Made by a program: the position numbers and the translations under genes. The notes beneath the pieces are model-generated. The model was not told where the DNA came from, did no database searches, and saw only the letters and a program-made list of their open reading frames with translations. DNA of 64,000 bases, from positions 1,824,001-1,888,000 of the forward strand of contig OY761614.1 of NCBI GenBank assembly GCA_963664825.1, written 5' to 3'. Shown one piece after another: positions 29,676 to 40,187 of this stretch; position 1 is the first letter of the stretch, and each line of letters starts with the position of its first letter. This DNA comes from an uncultured Holophaga sp. (lineage in GTDB: Bacteria; Acidobacteriota; Holophagae; Holophagales; Holophagaceae).

Positions 29676-32600
29676 ATGAACCACATGCTGGGTCGATTCC
29701 TTGGCTTGGGCCGTACCTGCGGCAGAGCCTGGCTCCTGGTCGGGTTCATCGCTGGGTGGGCGGCCTCCTTCCTGGGCGCCCAGCCCCTGGCTTTCAGGCA
29801 TTTCGATGATCGGGACGGCCTTCCCCAGAGCCAGGTGAACACCATCCTGGAGGACCGGGACGGCTTCCTCTGGATGGGCACCGTCGAAGGACTCGCACGT
29901 CTCGGAGCCTCCGGTTTTCGGGCCTATCGGGCCCAGGATGGATTGCGGCCGACCGATGTGACCTGCCTGATGCAGGACCGCCATGGCAGCATCTGGGTGG
30001 GGGGTGCGGAAAACGGGGTCGCGGAAATCCGGGGGAGCCGCATTCGGAACTTCGGCAAGGCCGATGGCCTGGATGTTACCAACGTCTATTCCCTCCTGGA
30101 ACGCTCAAACGGGGAAATCCTCGCCGGGGCGCGGCAGGGGCTTTTCCGCAAGAAGGGGGACCGCTTCGAGCGTGTGGAATTGCCAGATCCCTGGAAATAC
30201 CTTCCTGTCTTTACCCTGGCGGAAGATCCCCAAGGAAGGGTCTGGATGGGCTCGCGCAAGGGGAACCTTTTATGCTGGGATGGGAAGGCCGTCCAGAAGG
30301 CCGTCCTGCCCCCCTCGGTCGCCGAAAAAAGCATCATCGGGCTCGTGCGGGATCCGGAGGGTCATCTCTGGGCTTTGTCTCCGGTGGCCCTGCTCCGTCA
30401 GGACAGCAAGGGGCTCTGGGCTCCCCATCCATTGCCCGCCCAGGCCCGCCAAGCTCTTCTTTCCAATCTGTCTTTTTCCCCGGATGGAGAAATGCTACTG
30501 GCCATGGGCACGGATGGCCTTCTATCTCAGGATCGCCAAGGGTCCTTCCGGATCATGACCTATCGGGAGGGCCTGCCCCGGGAGGGCATCCTGACCGCGA
30601 TAAGAGACCGGCGGGGGGTTCTGTGGATCGGTTCGGATGGCAGCGATGTCCTGGCCCAGGTCATTCCCAATCTGCGGGCCCTTGATTACGATCCCGAGAC
30701 CGGTGTGGGGCTCAGTCTGGGCACGATCACCTCTTTCCTGGAGTTGTCGCCTGACCGCGTCCTGTTAGGGGGGCCTCGGGGCCTGTTTCTGTGGGTGAAT
30801 GGAAAGGGGGTAGTGGGGCGCTGGCAGAGTGCGAAGGGCTCATTGGCTCTGGATGTCTGGTGCCTCGTTGCCGATTCCCGGGATGGGGTCTGGGTGGGCA
30901 CGACCAAGGGGTTGTTCCGCTGGAAGGATGGCCGCATCCAGGCCGGGTGCGCCCCGTTGCGCAATATCTCCATTGCGTCCCTGCTCCTCCATGGGGGCCG
31001 ACTATGGGCCTGCACGCTGGGGGAGGGACTGGCCGAACTGAGCCCCGAGGGGCGTCTCATCGCCCTGCACGCGCTCCCCCAAGAAGTGGGGAAGGGGGAT
31101 GTGCCCAAGGTCCTGCCCTGGGACGGGCCGATGGGGCCCGGCCTCCTGGTCGCCACCACGGTGGGCGTCTATGAGTTCCGGGTGGAAGGCGGTCGCGGGC
31201 GCTTCGAACGCGCCCTCAAGGGGACGCCCGTCCACCAGGCCAATATCGTCACCTTGTCCCAGGAACCCTCGGGGCGACTCTGGGTCTCCACCAGTGATGG
31301 CCTCTACGGGTTCGACAAGGGAAAGTCCGAGAATCCCATTCATTTGGGCCCCCAGGAGGCCGGGATCCAGGGAACCCCCAGTTGGGCCTTCCGCCTTCCC
31401 ACGGGCCAGTTGGCCGTGGGCCACGCCAGGGGCGTCTCCATCATCGGAGGCCTTTCGGTCGTGTCTCTCACGAAAAATACGGGGCTGCTTTCCGACGAGA
31501 CCACCACCGATGCGGCGATGTTGGATAGCCGCCAGAGGTTGTGGATTGGAATGAAGGGGGGGGCTTGCGTCCTGGATACCCACCAGCCCTTCAAGGATGC
31601 CTTCCTGCCCAAGCCCAAGGTCCTGGAGGCCGCCTGGGGGAGTGAATCCCGCTGGCTTCCCGATCGCGTGGAGCTGCCCCCCAGGCCCGGGACCCTGTAC
31701 CTGGTCTTCGATACGGGGCTTCCGGCCTCGCCTGGAGTGCCCAGGTACCAGGTGCTGATCGAGGGGCTCGACCCCCACTGGCGCCCCGTAGAGGCCAATG
31801 CCAATAGCATCCAGGTCGCCCAGATCGGCCCCGGGAATTACCGATTCCGCCTCCGGGCCAGTCTGGATGGGCGCCAATGGGTGGAATCCGATCCCCTGCC
31901 CATCCAGGTGCGTCCAGCCTGGTACCAGTGGCTGGTCGCACGGGTTTTCTTCGTCCTGATGGGGGCCGGCATCATCGCCCTCCTCGTCTACTGGCGCCTG
32001 AGGGCCTTTCAGCGGGAAGCCCTCGTGCTGGAGTCCAGGGTCGAGGAACGCACGGAGACCCTAGCCCTTCGCAACAAGTCCCTGGAGCGCCTGCATCACC
32101 AGCTGAAGCATTCCTTGGAGAGCCGCATGCAGCTCATGCGCACCGTGAGCCACGACCTCCGCTCGCCCTTGACGAGCATCATGCTCTCCGTGGACCGCCT
32201 GCGGGATGCGGAGGGCGACCCGTCCTCCGAGGGCAAACTGAACGTCCTGGACCGGGAGGCCCGGCGGATGGAGGCGATCCTCCGGGGCCTGCTGGATCAG
32301 GCGCAATCGGAATCTCTCACCGATAGTCTCAATCAGCGCCTATGCCGCCCTTCCGAGGTCATGGAGGGCCTCACCGATACCCTCCAGATGAAGGCCGAAG
32401 CCCGCGAGCTCTCCACCCACCTCGACCTGGACCCCCGCGTCGACACAGTCTGGATCCTGGCTGATGCCGCGGCTCTTCAGCAGGTGCTCTTCAATCTCAT
32501 CGAGAATGCCCTGAAGTTCACGGACCCACCCGGCACCATCGGTATCCGTTCGGAGGTGGGGGAGGGTACCTGGGCCCTGCAAGTATGGGATACGGGCCGA

Positions 32601-32840
32601 GGCATCGACCCCTCCCATCGGGAGGACATCTTTCGGGCCTTCCATCAGACCCAGGAAGGGGATGAGCGGAAGGGTTGGGGGCTGGGCCTCAGCATCTGCA
32701 AGACCCTGGTGGAAGCCCATTCCGGGCGCATCGAGGTGGTGAGCGAAGTGGGCAAGGGCTCGACCTTCCGAGTGGTCCTGCCCCTGGTCATGCCCGACGG
32801 AGCCAAGGGGGAGGGCTCATCGTTGGAAGGTGTGGGCTGA
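29676..32840 (+). CDS. Sensor histidine kinase with beta-propeller (Reg_prop) and Y_Y_Y periplasmic region
   Basis: Repeated D..G.LW.GT blades, TM, SHDLRSPL, NLIENALKF, DTGRGI, GLGLSI. Confidence 0.92.
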   Translation: MNHMLGRFLGLGRTCGRAWLLVGFIAGWAASFLGAQPLAFRHFDDRDGLPQSQVNTILEDRDGFLWMGTVEGLARLGASGFRAYRAQDGLRPTDVTCLMQDRHGSIWVGGAENGVAEIRGSRIRNFGKADGLDVTNVYSLLERSNGEILAGARQGLFRKKGDRFERVELPDPWKYLPVFTLAEDPQGRVWMGSRKGNLLCWDGKAVQKAVLPPSVAEKSIIGLVRDPEGHLWALSPVALLRQDSKGLWAPHPLPAQARQALLSNLSFSPDGEMLLAMGTDGLLSQDRQGSFRIMTYREGLPREGILTAIRDRRGVLWIGSDGSDVLAQVIPNLRALDYDPETGVGLSLGTITSFLELSPDRVLLGGPRGLFLWVNGKGVVGRWQSAKGSLALDVWCLVADSRDGVWVGTTKGLFRWKDGRIQAGCAPLRNISIASLLLHGGRLWACTLGEGLAELSPEGRLIALHALPQEVGKGDVPKVLPWDGPMGPGLLVATTVGVYEFRVEGGRGRFERALKGTPVHQANIVTLSQEPSGRLWVSTSDGLYGFDKGKSENPIHLGPQEAGIQGTPSWAFRLPTGQLAVGHARGVSIIGGLSVVSLTKNTGLLSDETTTDAAMLDSRQRLWIGMKGGACVLDTHQPFKDAFLPKPKVLEAAWGSESRWLPDRVELPPRPGTLYLVFDTGLPASPGVPRYQVLIEGLDPHWRPVEANANSIQVAQIGPGNYRFRLRASLDGRQWVESDPLPIQVRPAWYQWLVARVFFVLMGAGIIALLVYWRLRAFQREALVLESRVEERTETLALRNKSLERLHHQLKHSLESRMQLMRTVSHDLRSPLTSIMLSVDRLRDAEGDPSSEGKLNVLDREARRMEAILRGLLDQAQSESLTDSLNQRLCRPSEVMEGLTDTLQMKAEARELSTHLDLDPRVDTVWILADAAALQQVLFNLIENALKFTDPPGTIGIRSEVGEGTWALQVWDTGRGIDPSHREDIFRAFHQTQEGDERKGWGLGLSICKTLVEAHSGRIEVVSEVGKGSTFRVVLPLVMPDGAKGEGSSLEGVG

Positions 32841-32872
32841 CGCCGGGCCCTCCGAGGGCGTACCCTCTAGGG

Positions 32873-34252
32873 ATGCGTTCCCTCCTGACCATTCTCATCG
32901 TGGATGACGAACCGGGCATCCGGCGGAGCTTGGGCGAATCGCTCTCGGAAGAGGGCTACGCCGTGCTCAAGGCCGAGCGGGGCGAGCAGGCCCTGGAACT
33001 TCTGGAGAATTCCGATCCGGATGCCATCCACCTGATGCTGCTCGATATCTGGCTGCCGGGCATCGATGGCCTGGAGACCCTGCAGCGGGCCAAGATCCTG
33101 CGTCCCGATCTGCCGGTGGTGATGATCAGCGGCCATGGCAGCATCGAGACCGCCCTTCAAGCCACGCGCCTGGGCGCCTTCGATTTCCTCGAGAAGCCCG
33201 TGGATCTGGACCGCCTCCTCCTGGTGGTGAGCCATGCCCTCAAACAGGGACACCTGGAGCAGGAGAACCAGCGGCTCCAGCAGGAGGTCGAGCAGGATCG
33301 CTTCTTCATGGCCGAGAGTGCGGCCATGAAACGCCTCCTGGCGGACCTGAAGCTCGTGGCGCCCACCGAAGGGCGCGTGCTGCTGACCGGCGAGAACGGC
33401 AGCGGCAAGGAGGAGGTCGCCCGTCTCATCCATGCCCAGAGCCTTCGGGCCAAGGGGCCCTTCGTGGAAGTGAACTGCGCGGCGATCCCGGAGGAACTCA
33501 TCGAATCCGAGCTCTTCGGCCATGTGAAGGGGGCCTTCACCGGCGCCATCCGGGACCAGAGGGGCAAGTTCCGGGAAGCCCATGAGGGCACCCTCTTCCT
33601 GGACGAGATCGGGGATATGTCCCTCAAGACCCAGGCCAAGGTGCTCCGGGCCCTTCAGGAGGGCCGCATCGAGCCCCTGGGAGGAGGCGGCGCCGTGAAC
33701 GTGGATGTGCGCGTCATCGCCGCCACCAACAAGGATCTCACCGAGGAGATCAAGGCCGGGCGCTTCCGGGAGGATCTCTTCTTCCGTCTGGCCGTGGTAC
33801 CGCTGCGGGTGCCCCCCTTGCGGGAACGGGGGGAGGAACTCATCTCCATGGCCGAGGCCTTCCTGGCCCGCTTCGCCCGCAGCTATGGGCGCTCTCCCAA
33901 GCGCCTGGCCCCGGAGGCCCGGGAAACGCTTCTGCGCCATGATTGGCCGGGCAATGTGCGCGAATTGAAGAACCTCATGGAGCGGGCCCTGATCCTTGGA
34001 CGCGGGTTGGAGATCGGCACCCGGGACCTAGGTCCTCTCGCCGTGCGGCACCTGGCGGAACCCGACCCCTTCGCCTTTCCCGAATTTCCCAGCCTCAAGG
34101 AGGCTCGGGACTGGTTCGAGTCCGTCTACATCCAGCGGGAGCTCAAGATCCAGGGCGGCAACATGACCCGGGTGGCCGATAAACTGGGCCTGGATCGCTC
34201 CAATCTCTACAAGCGCCTCAAAGTCCTGGGCGTCGAGACGAGGGAGCCATGA
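32873..34252 (+). CDS. Sigma54-dependent response regulator (NtrX/NtrC family)
   Basis: Receiver LLDIW, GENGSGKE, GAFTGA, WPGNVREL, Fis HTH. Confidence 0.93.
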   Translation: MRSLLTILIVDDEPGIRRSLGESLSEEGYAVLKAERGEQALELLENSDPDAIHLMLLDIWLPGIDGLETLQRAKILRPDLPVVMISGHGSIETALQATRLGAFDFLEKPVDLDRLLLVVSHALKQGHLEQENQRLQQEVEQDRFFMAESAAMKRLLADLKLVAPTEGRVLLTGENGSGKEEVARLIHAQSLRAKGPFVEVNCAAIPEELIESELFGHVKGAFTGAIRDQRGKFREAHEGTLFLDEIGDMSLKTQAKVLRALQEGRIEPLGGGGAVNVDVRVIAATNKDLTEEIKAGRFREDLFFRLAVVPLRVPPLRERGEELISMAEAFLARFARSYGRSPKRLAPEARETLLRHDWPGNVRELKNLMERALILGRGLEIGTRDLGPLAVRHLAEPDPFAFPEFPSLKEARDWFESVYIQRELKIQGGNMTRVADKLGLDRSNLYKRLKVLGVETREP

Positions 34253-34262
34253 TCGCGATCAA

Positions 34263-34380
34263 GTGGGTCGCGACCATGTGGGTCGCGAAGTGCGCTCCAG
34301 TGGAGCGCGCGCAGCGGGGCCCCACAGGGAGCGAATCATGCCTTGGTGGGACGTACCGCTACCCCGCAGGGAGCGAATCA
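34263..34380. repeat. Short REP-like intergenic direct repeats
   Basis: GTGGGTCGCGA x2 (34263, 34278); CCCC(A/G)CAGGGAGCGAATCA x2 (34320, 34362). Confidence 0.55.
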
Positions 34381-34399
34381 GGCTTCAGCGAGGCCAGAC

Positions 34400-34960
34400 A
34401 TGGCGGATAAGGTCTGGTTCAAGATCGGGGAGGCGGCTCGTTTGGTCGGCGCCACCCCCAAGGAACTCCGCTACTGGGAGAAGGTGATCCCCGAGCTCCA
34501 GCCCCGTCGTTCCAAGGGCAATCTCCGCTACTACCACCAGGAGGATCTGGTCCAGCTGCACCGCATTCGCCAGTGGCTGACCGAAGGGTGCACGGTCTCG
34601 GATTGCCGGGAGCTGCTCCTGGGCTCATTCACGGGCTTTCCCAAATCCCAAACCCCGCTGGAGCCTGGGAATGGGCGGAAGCTGGAGGCTGCGCTGAATG
34701 CCCTGCGGACCCTCCATGCCAGGCTCGTGGTGCCCCTGGACGAAGCCCTTCCCCCGGATGGGAAGCCCAAAAATCCGCCCCGGCGCTCCCGAAAGTCCCC
34801 CTCACCGGCTGCCGGGGCGCTTTTCCTGGACGTGGAAGCAGAGATCGAAATCCCGGAGGCTGTGGCAGTGCCGAAGCGGGTCCCCAAACCCAAGCCCGAG
34901 GAGGAGAGCCAGAGCCCAATGTGGTCGGGAGGCCAACTCCCCCTGGAATGTGAGGAATAA
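34400..34960 (+). CDS. MerR-family regulator
   Basis: FKIGEAA..ELRYWEK..P.R....RYY; merR upstream of tRNA-Pro(GGG) is a common arrangement. Confidence 0.85.
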   Translation: MADKVWFKIGEAARLVGATPKELRYWEKVIPELQPRRSKGNLRYYHQEDLVQLHRIRQWLTEGCTVSDCRELLLGSFTGFPKSQTPLEPGNGRKLEAALNALRTLHARLVVPLDEALPPDGKPKNPPRRSRKSPSPAAGALFLDVEAEIEIPEAVAVPKRVPKPKPEEESQSPMWSGGQLPLECEE

Positions 34961-34985
34961 TTCCGGTACAAGCCTTCGTCGCGCC

Positions 34986-35014
34986 TTGACCCGGTTCCTC
35001 GATTCCCGTAGACT
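34986..35014 (+). promoter_or_regulatory. Sigma70-type promoter of tRNA-Pro(GGG)
   Basis: TTGACC-17 bp-TAGACT, 10 nt before the tRNA. Confidence 0.7.
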
Positions 35015-35024
35015 CAATGATTCA

Positions 35025-35101
<77 letters not shown>

Positions 35102-35104
35102 AAC

Positions 35105-35139
35105 ACAATGGGCACCCAAATGGGTGCCCATTGTCATTT
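35105..35139 (+). terminator. Terminator-like hairpin after tRNA-Pro(GGG)
   Basis: ACAATGGGCACCCA-aa-TGGGTGCCCATTGT. Confidence 0.7.
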
Positions 35140-35293
35140 CGCGAGAAGATTCGGACTTCCGAATCGGTGATGGCGCGCGGGTAGCGAAAGCGGAACAGGC
35201 TCCGGGGGAGCCTGGGAAGCGTCCGCCGGAGGCGGTTCGCGCGCGCAGCCAGCACCGCAGGGCGCAGCCGAAGTTCGAATCTTCTCGCGCCGA
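35140..35293. repeat. tRNA-T-arm-derived inverted/direct repeat element
   Basis: Inverted copy at 35140-35162 (22/23 match) and direct copy at 35270-35293 (24/24) of the tRNA 3' part. Confidence 0.8.
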
Positions 35294-35411
35294 GCAAGCC
35301 ACTCGGAGGGGCGGGCCTTGATGTCGGGATTACAGTAACTCTCGCCGGAGACCGAAAGGAATTTTATCCTGTCCTGTCAATTTCCGTCTGTTCTTTTTCC
35401 TGGAGGTGGCC

Positions 35412-36998
35412 ATGAACTTCCTGAGCCGATTTCCTATTCGTCAGAAGTTCAGGATCATCCTGGCCATCCAGGTCGTTCTCCTGGTCGCGGTGGCCCTGCT
35501 GAGTTGGTTCAGCCTCCAGCGCCTCCAGACCGATTTCAATCAGACCTCCCAGCGCCTGAACCGCGCCGCCAAGCTCACCCAGGTCATCGCCAACGCCAAT
35601 CGCATCCGCATCGTCCATGTGTCCCTCTTCGGCGCCTCCGAGCACCCTGAATATGTGGCCAAGCGCCTCAAGCGGCTGCAGGAGCTGGAGACGGTCTTCG
35701 GCACCGATCTCGAAAAGCTGGAGACCATGGATTGGGACGCATCGGACAGGCCTCGCATCGCCGAGGCCATTGGCCTCCTGCGCCATTACACGGGGGCCTT
35801 CGCTCCCCTGTTTGAAGGTGCCAAGCAAACCCGCAACACCGATGTCACCATCCCCATGGAAGCGAACTATGGGGAGATGAACCAGGCCCGGGATCTGCTG
35901 GATAAGATCCTGGAGGCCCAGCGCAGCGGGGCCGAGGCGCTCACGGCCCAGGACAACCGGTACGTGGACCAGAGCCAGTCCTGGATTTTCGGAGTGGCGC
36001 TGGTGGCGATGATGCTCGGGATGGTCCTCACCACCCTGGTCTCCAAACAGGTGGAGGCCGCGGCCCAGGCCATCGAGAGGGCCATGAGCGCCCTGCATCG
36101 CGGGGATCTGACCCACATCAGCGCCGTGGGTTCCAAGGATGAACTGGGGCACATTTCATCGAGCCTGGATCAGGCCGTCGCCAATCTCAGGAACGATATC
36201 CTGGGCATTTCCGCCATCAGCGAGCGCAATGCCTCTGGCGCCACGGAACTCTCCGCTACCGCCGCGGAACTGAATGCGGCCACCGCGGAGATCAGCCGGG
36301 GCGCCGAGCAACAGCGCCGCGCCGTCGAACAATCCGCTGCGGCCCTCACCCAGATGTCGACCTCCATCAGTGAGGTTCAGGCCAGCACCTCACGTGCCGA
36401 ACAACTGGCGGACGCCTCGCTCCAGGCGGGCGCCCAGGGCCTGGAGAGCACCCAGGACTCCACCCGCGCCATGACAGACATCCAGGAGAGTTCCGGCAAG
36501 GTCAACCGCATCACCATCGTCATCGCCGATATCGCTCGGCAGACCAATCTGCTCTCCCTCAATGCCGCCATCGAGGCCGCCAAGGCGGGCGCACAGGGCA
36601 AGGGCTTCGCCGTGGTCGCCGAGGAGATCCGGAAGCTGGCCGAGCGCAGCGCCTCGGCGGCCAAGGAGATCAGCACCCTCATCCAGGAGAGCAGCGAGCG
36701 GGTGGACCATGGCACCCGCGCCGTGGCCCGAGTGACCACCAGCCTGGACGCGATCGATCGCAATATCCGGGAGTTGGCCGATCAGGTGCGCCTCATCGCC
36801 AGGGCCATGGAGGAACAGTCCCGGGCCAGCGAAGATGTGGTCCGGGCCATGGACACCACCAATTCGTTCACGGAGCGCAACGTATCTGCGACCACGGAGC
36901 TGGCCTCTTCCCTCAGCGAAACCAGCCGCACTGTCGACGACCTCGCCCAGCTTGCCGCGGAACTCCGTCAGCTCACCACCAAGTTCAAGGTGACCTAG
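35412..36998 (+). CDS. Methyl-accepting chemotaxis protein
   Basis: Two TMs, [37 protein letters not shown]. Confidence 0.96.
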   Translation: MNFLSRFPIRQKFRIILAIQVVLLVAVALLSWFSLQRLQTDFNQTSQRLNRAAKLTQVIANANRIRIVHVSLFGASEHPEYVAKRLKRLQELETVFGTDLEKLETMDWDASDRPRIAEAIGLLRHYTGAFAPLFEGAKQTRNTDVTIPMEANYGEMNQARDLLDKILEAQRSGAEALTAQDNRYVDQSQSWIFGVALVAMMLGMVLTTLVSKQVEAAAQAIERAMSALHRGDLTHISAVGSKDELGHISSSLDQAVANLRNDILGISAISERNASGATELSATAAELNAATAEISRGAEQQRRAVEQSAAALTQMSTSISEVQASTSRAEQLADASLQAGAQGLESTQDSTRAMTDIQESSGKVNRITIVIADIARQTNLLSLNAAIEAAKAGAQGKGFAVVAEEIRKLAERSASAAKEISTLIQESSERVDHGTRAVARVTTSLDAIDRNIRELADQVRLIARAMEEQSRASEDVVRAMDTTNSFTERNVSATTELASSLSETSRTVDDLAQLAAELRQLTTKFKVT

Positions 36999-37005
36999 CT
37001 TCCGA

Positions 37006-37914
37006 TCACGGGATGGAGGGCTCCGTTCCCCTGGTCCGCAGGATCGGGGGCGGCGGGCAATGCAGTTCCAGGACCTGCTCCGTGCGGGGATGGGGCAGGG
37101 AGAGCCTCAGGGCGTGGAGCCGGTAGCCTTCGTCCCCGGGCAAGGCCCCGCCCGGGCGCAGGCCGCCGCCGGCCGCGTAGAGGGGGTCGCCCACCAAGGG
37201 GTGGCCGCTGGCCGCCATGTGGATGCGGATCTGATGGGGGCGGCCCGTCTCGATATGGACTTCCACCAGGCTCACCTCTTCCCGGCGTTCGAGCACGTGG
37301 ACATGGCTGGTGGAGGGCCTTCCGGCCGCATTGGCGGCATGGACGCTGCCCAGGGTGGGATGGGGCACGGGCCCGATGGGCGTGGTGATGGTGAAGGCGT
37401 CCTCCGGGGGATGACCCTCCACGAGGGCGCGGTAGAGCTTGGTGACGCGGTGTTCGCGCCAACTCGCCAGGACATCCGTAGAGGCCAGGGGCGTGCGCGT
37501 GAAGAGCACGAGGCCCGAGGTGCCTCGGCCGAGGCGGTGGACGGGGGAGGCTCCCGGGTAGTGGCGACGCACGAGAGCCAGCAGCGTGTGTTCCAGGAAG
37601 CCCCCGCCCGGGAGCGTCGGCAATCCCGAGGGCTTGGCCACGGCAAGCAGGTCCTCATCCTGGAAGAGCACGGCGAAGGCCATGGGCACCTCCGGTTCCT
37701 CCCAGGGGGGCCGCATCCAGGAGAGGGACTGCCCCCGCTGGAGGATCTCCTCGGCCCGGGCCCCGTGGCCATCCAGCAGGACGAGGCCATCGGTGATGTG
37801 TGCCTCCCAGGCGGTCCGGGAGCTATGCCGATAGCGCTCCGAGAGGTAATCCAGCAGGGCGCGCTCTGCGCCGCGCCCGGTGATGATCTCGGTGTAGGTG
37901 AAGCCTGCGTTCAT
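37006..37914 (-). CDS. RluA-family pseudouridine synthase
   Basis: KPSGL, HRLGRGTSG, TGRPHQIR, GDPLY. Confidence 0.88.
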   Translation of the reverse strand: MNAGFTYTEIITGRGAERALLDYLSERYRHSSRTAWEAHITDGLVLLDGHGARAEEILQRGQSLSWMRPPWEEPEVPMAFAVLFQDEDLLAVAKPSGLPTLPGGGFLEHTLLALVRRHYPGASPVHRLGRGTSGLVLFTRTPLASTDVLASWREHRVTKLYRALVEGHPPEDAFTITTPIGPVPHPTLGSVHAANAAGRPSTSHVHVLERREEVSLVEVHIETGRPHQIRIHMAASGHPLVGDPLYAAGGGLRPGGALPGDEGYRLHALRLSLPHPRTEQVLELHCPPPPILRTRGTEPSIP

Positions 37915-37917
37915 GAT

Positions 37918-39075
37918 TCAGCCCGGATCGGGCAAGCGGAAGTAGAATTGGGTGCCCTGCTCCGGTGTGGAGCTGAAGCCCACCTCTCCACCGAGGATGT
38001 TTTCCCCCAGGAGCTTCATGCTGTAGGTGCCGAGCCCCCGGCCCCGGGGGCCCTTGGTGCTGAAGGAACGCAGGAAGATCCGACTGGCGATGTGGGGGGG
38101 GATGCAGCCTGGATTGTGGACGGTGAAGCGATGGCCTCCGTCTTCGCGCTCGACACGAACTCCCACACTCCCGCCAGAGGGTGTGGCCTCCAGGGCGTTG
38201 ATGACCATGTTGAGGAGAATGCGGTGAAGGAGGCGCCCATCGCTGAGAATCCGGAGCCCTGGCGCTGGTGGTTGGATCTTCAGTTCGCGCTGGGCACTGC
38301 ATTGATGGTTGAGCACGGTGATCCTCAGTTCCTCGAAGAGGTCGGCAACGAAGAGATCCTGTGGGGTCACGCTCAGTTCCCCTCGCTCCGCCTGGAGCAG
38401 AAGGCGTTGGGCCTGCACCTCCTCGGTCAAGCAATCGGTGATGCTCATGATTTTCCTGGCCGCGTCGAGGCGGTCGCTGGTCGGCGACTGCAGGAGTTCG
38501 CTCCAGTTCCGAAGGCCCTGGAGGGTGTTCATCAGATCGTGGAGGAAGATCTGTTCCAGGGCCTCACGGCGCTTCTGGGAGCTGATGTCCCGCATGATGA
38601 GCACCAGAAAATCATGACCGTAGATTTTAAGCGGTGTGGCGCGCACCCAAAATTCGCGGGCATTCCATTTACCGTCTTGGCTGGAGCCCAGGAGGCATTC
38701 CCCCTCGGTAGGGCCGTCCTGCTGCTGGGCTGCCAGGATGGTCAGCAATGCGCCACAGCGCGTACATGCATTAGAAGTGCCGCATCCCTCCGGGCCTTCC
38801 TCCACATGAACGCACTTGAATACTTCCCCGGGGCGAAGGCCGCGGAAGCATGTGGGATCCTCGGCGGCCAGGGCGCGGAAAAGGGCGGCGTTGGCTGCCA
38901 GGATCTGCCTTTGCTCGTTAAGGATGAGCGCATAGCTCTCCACGGCATCGAGTACCGCGCTGACTACGGGGTTCTCCAGGCAGGCCGTGATTTCCCGATC
39001 CAGCTCCGCCCCTTCCAACCGTCCTACAAGGGAACAATGTATGGGTAGTGAAGTTTCAATGCCTTCTGGATCCAC
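37918..39075 (-). CDS. Cytoplasmic histidine kinase with Cys-cluster sensor
   Basis: C..C.....C..C cluster, FLHDLMN, NMVINALEA, GLGTYSMK. Confidence 0.85.
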   Translation of the reverse strand: MDPEGIETSLPIHCSLVGRLEGAELDREITACLENPVVSAVLDAVESYALILNEQRQILAANAALFRALAAEDPTCFRGLRPGEVFKCVHVEEGPEGCGTSNACTRCGALLTILAAQQQDGPTEGECLLGSSQDGKWNAREFWVRATPLKIYGHDFLVLIMRDISSQKRREALEQIFLHDLMNTLQGLRNWSELLQSPTSDRLDAARKIMSITDCLTEEVQAQRLLLQAERGELSVTPQDLFVADLFEELRITVLNHQCSAQRELKIQPPAPGLRILSDGRLLHRILLNMVINALEATPSGGSVGVRVEREDGGHRFTVHNPGCIPPHIASRIFLRSFSTKGPRGRGLGTYSMKLLGENILGGEVGFSSTPEQGTQFYFRLPDPG

Positions 39076-39172
39076 AGAACCTCCCGGTCAACTCATCCCG
39101 CGTTCGCTGCGAGGTCCTGGGTTTGTGAAGTCAGCGTGAGCAGGTGAAAGGAAATATGATTATTTTTTTGTT

Positions 39173-39952
39173 TCAAGTCAATAGGATCTGCCAGCCCAGC
39201 CTCAGGATCAGGGCACTGACCACGACGATGAAGACGATGCGCACCCAGGCGCTGCCGCGGCTGAGGGCCGTGCGCGCTCCCAGATAGCCTCCCAGGCCAT
39301 TGCCCACGGCCATTGATAGGGCCACGGTGGGAACCCAGCTCCCCTGGGAGAGGAAGAGCACGAGGGAGGCGATATTGGAGGCCCAGTTCACGCTCTTGGC
39401 CAGGGCCGAGGCCCGCAGGAAATCAAATCCCAGCACCGTCACGAAGAGAAAGATCAGGATGCTGCCGGTGCCCGGGCCGAAGAGCCCATCGTAGAAGCCC
39501 AGGGCGAAGGCGATCACCAGGGCCAGCATCCGCTGGTGGGAGAGGCCGAACCTCGGCGCGTGAAGCCTTCCGGCGTCGGGCTTCAGGAGCGTCCAGGCCA
39601 GCATGACGATCATCAGGGCCACCATGGCGGGCCGCAGGTAGGGATCGAAGCGCCCCGAGAGGTAGTAGGCCAGCGCCACACCCAGGGCGGCGCCGGCCAT
39701 GGCGGCCAGGACCGGTCCCACCATCTCCTGCCAGCGCAGGATGCGCGCCCGCAGGAACTGCGAGGCTGCGAAGGTCGTGCCCGTGCAGGCCACCACCTTG
39801 TTGGTGCCGGAGATGACGGGCCAGGGGTGCCCGGGCAGGCCGATGAGGAGGGCGGGAATCGTGATGAGGCCGCCGCCCCCCACCACCGCATCCACAAAGC
39901 CTGCCAACAGGGCGGCCAGCACGAGGAAGGCGAGGGTCAGGGGGCTGGGCAT
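39173..39952 (-). CDS. TauE/SafE (TSUP) family transporter
   Basis: AGFVDAVVGGGGLI, GTNK, GFYDGLFGPGTG. Confidence 0.92.
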   Translation of the reverse strand: MPSPLTLAFLVLAALLAGFVDAVVGGGGLITIPALLIGLPGHPWPVISGTNKVVACTGTTFAASQFLRARILRWQEMVGPVLAAMAGAALGVALAYYLSGRFDPYLRPAMVALMIVMLAWTLLKPDAGRLHAPRFGLSHQRMLALVIAFALGFYDGLFGPGTGSILIFLFVTVLGFDFLRASALAKSVNWASNIASLVLFLSQGSWVPTVALSMAVGNGLGGYLGARTALSRGSAWVRIVFIVVVSALILRLGWQILLT

Positions 39953-39987
39953 GGAAAGATTCTATCGTTCGGCCGGGCATTCCGCCG

Positions 39988-40187
39988 CTGTCTCTGATCC
40001 ACGCCGCTGCAAGAGCCCAAGGCTGCACCGCAGCCGGTGACGACCCACCCCTGTCTCTGATCCACGCCGCTGCAAGAGCCGAAGGCTGCATTGCAGCCTG
40101 TGACGACCCACCCCTGTCTCTGATCCACGCCGATGCAAGAGCCCAAGGCTGCATCGCAGCCTTGGGCTCAGCATCGGCGGGATCAGA
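39988..40187. repeat. Tandem 63-bp repeat x3, the last unit forming a long palindrome
   Basis: Units start at 39988, 40051 and 40114; 40119-40187 is a ~33-bp-arm hairpin reaching the frr stop. Confidence 0.9.

Noticed and set aside
37060..39048. 662-aa plus-strand ORF and similar long antisense ORFs (e.g. 12810-13982, 55335-56966, 59782-61167)
   Set aside because: These are shadow frames of well-supported genes in high-GC DNA, with no motifs of their own.
39988..40187. 63-bp repeats as a CRISPR array
   Set aside because: Units are near-identical along their whole length, so there are no unique spacers.
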